This document shows positions 10,272 to 17,746 of a DNA stretch of 35,956 nt, piece by piece (position 1 is the stretch's first letter; the number at the start of each line of letters is the position of its first letter). The position numbers and the translations under genes were made by a program. The stretch lies in the sequence record SRR2962707_782. One strand, 5' to 3'. A model generated the notes under the pieces. It was not told the DNA's origin and did not search any database. It was given only the letters and a program-made list of their open reading frames with translations.

Positions 10272-11411
10272 CTAAACCCCGATGGCCGCAAAGAAAATGG
10301 CGAACAGGCCATCGGCAACGATGACCAGGAAGATCGAGCGCACGACCGAGGCCGTTGTGTGCCGGCCAAGCGATTCGGCGCTGCCTTTCACCTTGAAGCC
10401 CTCGTTGGTGGCGACCAGGCCGATGATGACCGCCATGAAAGGCGCCTTGACCATGCCCACCAGAAGCGTCTGCATGTTGAGCGCATCCTGCAACCGATCG
10501 AGAAAGATATCGAACGGGATACCACCATAGACCAGCGCCACGATGGCCGCGCCCAGCAGCCCCGACAGCGCCCCGATGAAGGCCAGGAACGGCAGTCCGA
10601 TCAGCAGCGCAATGATGCGCGGCAGGATCAGCACCTGATAGGGATCGACACCCATGACCTTGAGCGCGTCGAGCTCCTCGCGCATACGCATCGAACCCAA
10701 TTCGGCGGTAATCGCCGAACCGGACCGGCCCGCAATCATGATGGCGGCAAGCAGAAGCCCGACCTCGCGTAGCATCAGGATTGCCGCAAGATCGACCACG
10801 TAGATCGCCACGCCGAAATTGTTGAGCTGGAGAATGGATTGCTGGGTGATGATGGCGCCGACCACCACCGAAATCAGCATCACTATGGGCACGGCACGGA
10901 ACGCGATCAGATCGAGCTGATTGACCAGGGCCGCCCCCCGGAACGGCGCACGGAAGGTGAGCGTGGCGCCGGCAGCGGCCATCACCCGGCCCAGTACGGC
11001 GTGAATGGTAACCACATCGCCGAGCGCATTGGCGGTCATGTGGCCCAGCCCGTCGAACGGTCGCAAAAGCCAGGGTAGCGTAGTTTTGGCGACCGGCGCG
11101 TGCGGCTCAATGGCGTTGACGTGGCTGAGAAGCGCTTCCTGCGCCTTGGTGGCACCGGTGATGGCGGTTTGGACGCCCTGCCCCATTGCATCGCGGCGCC
11201 GAGCCAGCAGGAAGGCGCCGACCGTATCTAGCGCTGTTACGCCGGCCAGATTGAACTCTAGCCGGGACGGAACCGGGTGCGCCGCAAAGCCCGATTCGAT
11301 CCGCGACTGGATCTGCTGCGTCCATTGCGTGGTCCACGCCCCGGAAAGGCGCGCTACGAGAACACCGTCTGCACCGGACATCTCGATCTGGGGCTCATCG
11401 AGCTGGGTCAT
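10272..11411 (-). CDS. mlaE: MlaE-family permease with N-terminal STAS-like domain
   Basis: LREVG, AGRSGSAITAELGSMRMREELDAL, TTASVV, and STAS-like LDTVGA. Start 11411 is preferred; 11510 is possible. Confidence 0.88.
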   Translation of the reverse strand: MTQLDEPQIEMSGADGVLVARLSGAWTTQWTQQIQSRIESGFAAHPVPSRLEFNLAGVTALDTVGAFLLARRRDAMGQGVQTAITGATKAQEALLSHVNAIEPHAPVAKTTLPWLLRPFDGLGHMTANALGDVVTIHAVLGRVMAAAGATLTFRAPFRGAALVNQLDLIAFRAVPIVMLISVVVGAIITQQSILQLNNFGVAIYVVDLAAILMLREVGLLLAAIMIAGRSGSAITAELGSMRMREELDALKVMGVDPYQVLILPRIIALLIGLPFLAFIGALSGLLGAAIVALVYGGIPFDIFLDRLQDALNMQTLLVGMVKAPFMAVIIGLVATNEGFKVKGSAESLGRHTTASVVRSIFLVIVADGLFAIFFAAIGV

Positions 11412-11763
11412 GAAGTCTGCGCTTGTACTCCCGCGTGGGACGCCTCCCGAAACGGGCAATCCTCCCAGATTCCTTAACACGCGGAATTCGGCTTGTCCTG
11501 AGCCTGTCATGGACTTCCGCGCTCAAGTTACGCGTTGGGCGGGGGGTGATGCATTTGTGCAAGACTTGCGGTTCGATCAGTCGAAGGCAGACGATAGCGA
11601 TTCGGCGCGGCTCATTGAGGGCCACCACGCTTGCCGAGGGTGTGGCCGCCGAGCACGATCCAGATCGCAACGATTATCATTGCACCTGCCAGCAGAAGGT
11701 AAGCCCCATCCCTGCGCCCGATCGCTGCGGCGCGTAATTCTGCCTAATCCCCACAGACTCTGA

Positions 11764-12516
11764 TCAATTCGTGATGGATCGCATCAGGCCCTCGTAGAGC
11801 GTCCGGGTTTCGGCCGAGATCGCAACGTTGAGTTCGTGGCGGAGCTCGGTTTCGCAACGCTGGTAGACCTGCTTGAGTCTCGCGGCGTTGCGGCTCGCGG
11901 CAGCATCGATCATAAGAATACGGAACGCCTCTTCATTACAGGGGTCGACCGACAGGATTTCCTGGGCCAGGGCCCGGCGGGCCGGACCGTTCTTGCTTGC
12001 CCAGCTTTCGTCGCTAATAGATTGTGCCAACCGGTCCAGAAAGCGGCCCCGCAGTGTTTCACGCCATGTCCCGAGCCAATCCTCGAACTCGGGGCCGGAA
12101 TCGTGGATATCGGCCAGTAGCTCTCCGGGGTAGCTGCCCAGACGGACGGGCTGTCCTTGATCGAGAAGAATTCCCCAAAGCCGCTTGAGGTCCCAACTGA
12201 CCTGGGCGTCCTCGACCAGATAGACTGTGTGGAAATTGGATTCGATGAGCGTGAAGCCATATTTGGCCTGCAGGGCCCTGATGCGTGCCAGTGAACGGCG
12301 CAGATTGGCCGCTGCCCGATCTGCGTCGCGGGGATCGGACCAGAGCGCCGACCATAGCCTCTGGCGCGTCACCGAGCCATTCGTGCCCGCCAGCAGCAAA
12401 TAGGCCGCCACCTTGTAAAAGATTGTGGGCACACCCGACACAACCTTGCCGTCTACGACGATGACACAGGATCCGACGGTCGAAATCGCTATCCGTGTAT
12501 TGGCGCTGTGGATCAT
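11764..12516 (-). CDS. Stand-alone SARP-like regulator (wHTH + BTAD)
   Basis: AYLLL..VTRQRL..ALW..AAANLRRSLARIR (wHTH). BTAD: GELL..FEDWL..RE, DPCNEEAFR.LM, Y..C...L..EL.V..S.ET..LY. RBS GGAGG. Confidence 0.85.
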   Translation of the reverse strand: MIHSANTRIAISTVGSCVIVVDGKVVSGVPTIFYKVAAYLLLAGTNGSVTRQRLWSALWSDPRDADRAAANLRRSLARIRALQAKYGFTLIESNFHTVYLVEDAQVSWDLKRLWGILLDQGQPVRLGSYPGELLADIHDSGPEFEDWLGTWRETLRGRFLDRLAQSISDESWASKNGPARRALAQEILSVDPCNEEAFRILMIDAAASRNAARLKQVYQRCETELRHELNVAISAETRTLYEGLMRSITN

Positions 12517-12648
12517 GAACGAGGCACCTCCACTTTCGGCCTAGCGCAGGTGATTCGGAAGAGCTTTGCTATAAATCAAAAACGCTAAGCCAGGAGCGGC
12601 GGCGGGCGGCGATTAGCGCGTGCCTTCACTAGTTCCTGCGCTGCCAAC

Positions 12649-13146
12649 TCATGCGCTGCGACGCGGTTCTGCCGCGCCTTCATTCAGAAAATCGTGAATA
12701 TCCCTGTTGGTGGCGACCAGAACCTGGATTGCGTCCGAGAGGCGCTGAAATTCCTCATCATCGAGCGGCTCCACCTTGCCGTATCGAACGTTGCGCCCAA
12801 AATCGGCGATGCGCAGAAGTTCGGTGCGATCCATGTCGCCGTGCTCGTCGAACGAAAAGATGCTGTGGCTGTATTTGTTGCGGACCTTGGACGCCGCTTT
12901 CATCCGCCCCGAGATGGCCAGAACGCGGTCCTGAACCTGGGACGAAACCCCGGGAAGCTTAGACAGGCGCTCGATCAGATCGAGGCGGGCCCGGGTTGTG
13001 TTGAGTGTGAGATAGGTCACGATTGCAACGTTCTTTTCCACACCCATCAGAAGGCACATGACGTCGATGAGCAGGCTCTCGGTGTTGCTCCAGGTGTAAA
13101 CGAGCTTTCCGATCAACAGCAGCAATGTCTCTGTACGGGTTGACAT
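12649..13146 (-). CDS. Hypothetical helical protein with HEPN-like RNxxxH motif
   Basis: RBS GAGGA directly after the LuxR-type stop. Pattern IG.....WS..E followed by RNKYSH at aa 89-94. Confidence 0.75.
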   Translation of the reverse strand: MSTRTETLLLLIGKLVYTWSNTESLLIDVMCLLMGVEKNVAIVTYLTLNTTRARLDLIERLSKLPGVSSQVQDRVLAISGRMKAASKVRNKYSHSIFSFDEHGDMDRTELLRIADFGRNVRYGKVEPLDDEEFQRLSDAIQVLVATNRDIHDFLNEGAAEPRRSA

Positions 13147-13158
13147 GCCGTTCGTCCT

Positions 13159-13935
13159 CTATTGTGCAGCGTTACGGCGCGCGGACCCTCGCGGCTCGGG
13201 CGCCAGGCTGTGGAAAACTGCCGCCGCCTGCGTTCGATTGGTGACGTTGAGCTTGTTCATGAGGTTGTGAACGTGGACCTTTACGGTGTGCTCGGAGAGC
13301 TTAACGCGGTCCGCGATCAACTTGTTGGGCCAGCCTTCGGCAATCAGCGAGAGCACCTGGCGCTCGCGCGTTGTAAGATGGGCAAACTCGCCCGCCCGCC
13401 CGGTTGACGCAGCCGCTGCGGAGGTCCTGCCGACAGGCGTCCCCACACCAGAGCCCAATCGCGTCTGCAGCAAATCCTTGGCAAATCGCAATGGCCGCGA
13501 GCGCGCGACGGGAAAGAACTGGCCGCCACTGAGCACCAGCGATACGGCGGCAAGAAACACTTCGAGTTTCAAGGTCAGCGGAATGAAACCCTGGATCGAA
13601 GCGGCGTCGGCAAAGCCCCGCCAGTCGCCTTCCCCATCGGCGCGGTCGACCAGAAGGGCCAGCGCGGCTTCAGGGAAAATCTGCTGGGATTGCTCGATGC
13701 GTGTTGAGGGAATTTCGCCCGGCCGCACATGAACCAACAGAAGCTGGACGAAATGATCGGGGGCAGCGGCCTCGTCCACGTCTTCGCATATAACAACGTG
13801 AGCGCGCAGGTGGCTTTCGAGGTTTCGCGCCAACCCTTCGAACAGCGCTCCCTTGTCAGCATTGATCACTATGGCGGCCGACGGACCACCCTGATCGGGC
13901 AAGTGCCAATTCGGAGTAGAGAAAAGATCTGTCAT
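13159..13935 (-). CDS. LuxR/NarL-family regulator with degenerate receiver-like domain
   Basis: C-terminal HTH LTTRERQVLSLIAEGWPNKLIA...LSEHTVKVHVHNLMNKLNVTNRTQAA. The N-terminal REC-like region lacks an evident phospho-Asp. Confidence 0.88.
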   Translation of the reverse strand: MTDLFSTPNWHLPDQGGPSAAIVINADKGALFEGLARNLESHLRAHVVICEDVDEAAAPDHFVQLLLVHVRPGEIPSTRIEQSQQIFPEAALALLVDRADGEGDWRGFADAASIQGFIPLTLKLEVFLAAVSLVLSGGQFFPVARSRPLRFAKDLLQTRLGSGVGTPVGRTSAAAASTGRAGEFAHLTTRERQVLSLIAEGWPNKLIADRVKLSEHTVKVHVHNLMNKLNVTNRTQAAAVFHSLAPEPRGSARRNAAQ

Positions 13936-13989
13936 GGCCGCTCTTCCCCCATAGACGCCAATGCCGCTGGATCGTCACCGATCTAAATC

Positions 13990-14005
13990 TTAATGAGGTC
14001 TTAAC
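13990..14005. promoter_or_regulatory. CtrA-binding box TTAA-N7-TTAAC
   Basis: TTAA TGAGGTC TTAAC at 13990-14005 matches the established CtrA consensus exactly, in the divergent intergenic region. Confidence 0.75.
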
Positions 14006-14011
14006 GCACCC

Positions 14012-14032
14012 AGCGTGACTCAAGCGTGACTC
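14012..14032 (+). repeat. 10-bp direct repeat AGCGTGACTC x2 (11-bp period), each copy containing a GANTC site
   Basis: Copies at 14012-14021 and 14023-14032. Confidence 0.7.
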
Positions 14033-14142
14033 GGATGACCTATGAAACGCGTGCAAGGCTGGGCTTTTGCTGCAAAGGGGTAAAACCGTCACACAATCGC
14101 GGACTCTAAAGTATCGGTTTGGGCGCAGTTTTACCCATGCGA

Positions 14143-14207
14143 GTTAGCTCCAAGTGATAAGTTTTCCGCCTGAAACCTGTCTACCGGCACACCTGTGTTA
14201 GCTCCAA
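14143..14207 (+). repeat. 11-bp direct repeat GTTAGCTCCAA x2, 54 bp apart
   Basis: Copies at 14143-14153 and 14197-14207 upstream of the repeat-protein gene. Confidence 0.65.
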
Positions 14208-14363
14208 TTGTCGGCTTACCCAACGCCTAAGCAGACGCCATCCTTTGATGGTCCCGGAGCCTTTTGGCTGATCTCGGGACTGACACAAGCGGTACAGGAA
14301 TTGGCCTCGTTGCAGATGAAAGAGGCGCTCCGGCTACCGCTTCCATGAAAAGGGAGAACTGCC

Positions 14364-15689
14364 GTGGCTGACGAAGAGTATAATGGCCCCTATGTCGAAG
14401 ACACGACCAACAACGGAACCATCCAGGAGGACAGTGACTACGAAGTTGACGTCGAAGTCGAAGATTCGTTCAACGACAACAGCGAAGAGACCGACGTAGA
14501 AGTCGAGGTCGAAGACTCGTTCAACGACAACAGCGAGGAAACTGAGGTCGAAGTCGAGGATTCGTTTAACGACAACAGCGAAAACACCGACGTAGAAGTC
14601 GAGGTCGAAGTCGAAGATTCGTTCAATGACGAGTCGACCGAGATCGACACCGAAATTGAAGACTCGTTCAACAGCGAAGAAACCGACGTCGAAGTCGAGG
14701 TCGAAGATTCGTTCAACGACGAGTCCGTCGAAACCGACGACTCTTTCAACACCGACACAGAGACTGAAATCGAGATCGAGGAATCGTTTAACGACAACAG
14801 CGAAAACACCGATGTCGACGTAGAGATCGAAGACTCGCTCAACGACAACTCGACAGAGGTCGACACCGAAGTCGAGATCGAAGACTCGTTCAACGATCGC
14901 AGTCAGACCACCAATGTCGCCGCGAACTTCGCGCTGGAAGAAACCAACACGAACTCGCACAACACCAGCGATGACGACACCACGGAAGTCGATGTAGAGA
15001 TCGAGGATTCCTTCAACGAGGAAACCACCGAGATCGATACCGAGATCGAGGATTCCTTCAACGAGGAAACCGAAATCGACACCGAGATCGAGATTGAAGA
15101 CTCCTTCAACGATCAGTCCGACACCAACTCGCACAACGACAGCTCGACCAACACCGACACCGAGATCGAGACTGAAGACTCGTTCAACGTCGAAACCGAT
15201 GTCGAGATCGAGGACTCGTTCAACACCGAGACGACCACGACGGATGTCGACGTCGAGATCAAGGACTCTTTCAAGTCGTACGAAAATGCTTTCAACGACT
15301 CCAGCGAGAGCTTTGGCGAAATCTCGGTCGACTTCGACAACGTCTTCAACGGCGCCTTCGGCGGTGACGGCTCGGGCGATGGCTTTGCCATCAATCAGGT
15401 CGCCGACATCGTGGACAACGACTCGCTCTGGGATGTTCAGCAGAACAACTCGGGTGGCTTCGAGATGTCAGCGAATGGCGGTATTGCGGCCCAGGTCGCC
15501 TGGGACGACGTCGACGATCCGTTCGACGGCACGACGGTGGCCGATGCGAGCGCTCAGCTTCAGGGCACAGCGTTCAACCTCGATATCGTTCTGGGTTCGA
15601 ACCTGCAGCAGAACGCTGTGGACGTTTCGATCGTTGGCGGCTCGGCCGACAACAACGATACCACGACGACCAGCGGCGACAGCTTCTGA
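14364..15689 (+). CDS. Highly acidic EDSFN-repeat protein, probable T1SS substrate
   Basis: GTG start with RBS AGGGAG. 13 exact DSFN motifs plus about 7 variants. Only 3 Lys/Arg, no Cys and no signal peptide in 441 aa. First gene of the T1SS operon. Confidence 0.88.
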   Translation: MADEEYNGPYVEDTTNNGTIQEDSDYEVDVEVEDSFNDNSEETDVEVEVEDSFNDNSEETEVEVEDSFNDNSENTDVEVEVEVEDSFNDESTEIDTEIEDSFNSEETDVEVEVEDSFNDESVETDDSFNTDTETEIEIEESFNDNSENTDVDVEIEDSLNDNSTEVDTEVEIEDSFNDRSQTTNVAANFALEETNTNSHNTSDDDTTEVDVEIEDSFNEETTEIDTEIEDSFNEETEIDTEIEIEDSFNDQSDTNSHNDSSTNTDTEIETEDSFNVETDVEIEDSFNTETTTTDVDVEIKDSFKSYENAFNDSSESFGEISVDFDNVFNGAFGGDGSGDGFAINQVADIVDNDSLWDVQQNNSGGFEMSANGGIAAQVAWDDVDDPFDGTTVADASAQLQGTAFNLDIVLGSNLQQNAVDVSIVGGSADNNDTTTTSGDSF

Positions 15690-15705
15690 TTGAAAAGCAA
15701 TTGTG

Positions 15706-15733
15706 CGTCCCGCGCGGGCTTCCGCGCGGGACG
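15706..15733 (+). terminator. Intra-operon GC-rich hairpin (mRNA stabiliser or leaky terminator)
   Basis: Perfect 12-bp stem CGTCCCGCGCGG/CCGCGCGGGACG with a GCTT loop. No U-tract follows. Confidence 0.65.
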
Positions 15734-15764
15734 TCAAGCGCCAATCATGATCGTCTAAAGAGGG

Positions 15765-17729
15765 GTGACGGTGTTTTCCAACGGAGACTATCTCACCGAA
15801 AAGATTGCACACTTCATTGGCCACTTCGAAATTGCCGAGGAAGCTGCGCGCCTGAGACAGCAGCCCGAAGGCTTCGACAAGGCCGGGCAGGATGCTGTCG
15901 GTCGGCCGCTTGAAGGGCCGACGCCGGTGCCGTTTGTCGCGGAGGATGTGGACGTGGGGTATGTGCCCGGCGTCGACCATGCCCCCCAGCAAAACCATTC
16001 TGATTTGGTATTTGAAGGCGAGCCCTTCCAATTCGACCCGCCGATTATCACGGTTCCGTCCATGCGGATCGGCGCCCCGGCGCCCGGCGAGGCGGATATC
16101 GACGGGGTCTGGCAGGCGCCACACACCCTCCAGGCGGGAATGCCGCCGCCTTCGCTGATCTTTGTGGCTCAGCAGCACAAGTTTTTGTTCGACAACGACG
16201 TCGTCGTTATCGGTGAAGGCTATGACGGTCCCTTCCCGACAACGCCGAATTCGCTCGCGTCAGTCGACGCCCTCAGCGCGAAAGTCGCCGAGGTCCTGGC
16301 GCCGCTGGCCGAGCTACCGCTCGAAATGAACGAGGAAAATATCGCCCCGTGGGTCAAGAGCACCTCCAGCGCTGCCGACAGCGTGGAGGAGGCAACCGCC
16401 GCCGGTGAAACGCTCGAGGGGCAATGGGTAAACGGGGAATCGGCAGAAACAGTACCGGAACTGGTCGACCATCTTCCAAAGGCCTGGCAGGACCCTGAAA
16501 CAGATACGCCGACAACGTCGGACCCCATCATCATCGACGCCTCCGAGGCCCAAACGACAATGGATCTGCAGACAGGCGGCAACCTGTCGCTGAACCAGGC
16601 GACAATTATCAATGCCGGGCTCGTTGGGACCACTATGGCAGTGGAAGGCAATGTCTATGAACTGGACGTCATAATGCAGGTTAACGCCGTCCAGGATATC
16701 GACACGATCGACGAAGGGTTTGCGGTTCTGCCGGGCGCTGATATGGAAACCACGGCGACCAATGTCGCCCAGTTCATCAAGAGCACTACAGACATCGCGT
16801 CCGAAAGGGCTGACCTCAACCCCGAGACAATGCCCTCGGGTTGGCAGGTCACCATCGTCGAGGACGATCTCATCTTCTTTGAGTGGGCCTATCAGTACAA
16901 TCTGACCTGGGACAATGATTGCCTGGTCGCCACGGCAACAGGCACCACAACATTTGTGAGCACCGGCGCAAATGTCGGGTTCAATGCAGTATCTTTTTCC
17001 GATCTGGGTGCGATGTACGACCTGATCATGGTCGGCGGAAATCTGTACGACGCCAATTACATCTGCCAGACCAATATCGTCTACGACAACGACACGCTCT
17101 CCATGTTCGGCTCTTCTTTCGATCAGGCGGGCAGCACGACCACGGGCGGCAACGTACTGTGGAACCAGGCCCTCATCCAGAACATGGGCGCCGCTGACTG
17201 GAGCCATGATCTACCCGCCCACTACCAGCAGGCCATGGACGCGCTCGACGCTGGCAATGCCGCCATGCCCGGCGGGTTCGCCACCGACAGCGGCTTCGCC
17301 GGGTATGGCGATCTCAATGTCCTCTACGTCAAGGGCAACATCTTCGACATCAATTATGTCGAACAGGTCAACATCATCTCCGATGCGGACCACGTCGCAC
17401 TCTATGGGGCGGAACTGGCGCAATCGGCGGAATGGACCATTGCGACGGGGACGAACACCGCCGTCAACGTCGCTGCCATTCTCGACCACGACAGCAATGG
17501 CAGCGTGAGCTACGTCGGCGGCGAGGTCTATTCGCAGGCGCTCTTGATCCAGGCCGATTTTGTCGAAACCGGTGCCGGCGAACTCACGGGCGAAGCCCCC
17601 CTAGCAAATGAAGTCATCGCTTTCCTCACCGACGACGATCTGTCGGCCAGCGACATGCCTGCCATCGACAATGTTGGCGCGCTTGAGTCCGGTCCGATCG
17701 TCGACGTGATGGATTCCATTCTCGCGTGA
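15765..17729 (+). CDS. Acidic multi-module protein, probable second T1SS substrate
   Basis: 654-aa ORF without signal peptide, with recurring Q-x5-D-x-D and TG-x-N-x3-N motifs. GTG 15771 after GAGGGG may be the true start. Confidence 0.85.
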   Translation: MTVFSNGDYLTEKIAHFIGHFEIAEEAARLRQQPEGFDKAGQDAVGRPLEGPTPVPFVAEDVDVGYVPGVDHAPQQNHSDLVFEGEPFQFDPPIITVPSMRIGAPAPGEADIDGVWQAPHTLQAGMPPPSLIFVAQQHKFLFDNDVVVIGEGYDGPFPTTPNSLASVDALSAKVAEVLAPLAELPLEMNEENIAPWVKSTSSAADSVEEATAAGETLEGQWVNGESAETVPELVDHLPKAWQDPETDTPTTSDPIIIDASEAQTTMDLQTGGNLSLNQATIINAGLVGTTMAVEGNVYELDVIMQVNAVQDIDTIDEGFAVLPGADMETTATNVAQFIKSTTDIASERADLNPETMPSGWQVTIVEDDLIFFEWAYQYNLTWDNDCLVATATGTTTFVSTGANVGFNAVSFSDLGAMYDLIMVGGNLYDANYICQTNIVYDNDTLSMFGSSFDQAGSTTTGGNVLWNQALIQNMGAADWSHDLPAHYQQAMDALDAGNAAMPGGFATDSGFAGYGDLNVLYVKGNIFDINYVEQVNIISDADHVALYGAELAQSAEWTIATGTNTAVNVAAILDHDSNGSVSYVGGEVYSQALLIQADFVETGAGELTGEAPLANEVIAFLTDDDLSASDMPAIDNVGALESGPIVDVMDSILA

Positions 17730-17746
17730 CCAGCGAAAGGTCGGCC

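Noticed and set aside
11005-11763. 252-aa plus-strand ORF and other long overlapping ORFs (for example 2733-3773, 4326-5423, 29450-30556)
   Set aside because: Antisense to well-supported genes, no family motifs, and typical of high-GC shadow ORFs.
14334-15134. Antisense 266-aa and Ser/Thr-rich ORFs over the repeat gene
   Set aside because: Shadow frames of a low-complexity coding repeat. The plus frame has the RBS and operon context.
14442-15270. Recurrent GAAGA(T/C)TCGTTCAAC units that look like a CRISPR array
   Set aside because: The units are in-frame codons of the EDSFN protein with synonymous variation. Spacings are multiples of 3, the 'spacers' resemble each other, and there are no cas genes.
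15355-15390. GGDGSGDGF as an RTX nonapeptide
   Set aside because: Single copy that does not fit GGxGxDxUx, so the cargo is not called an RTX protein.
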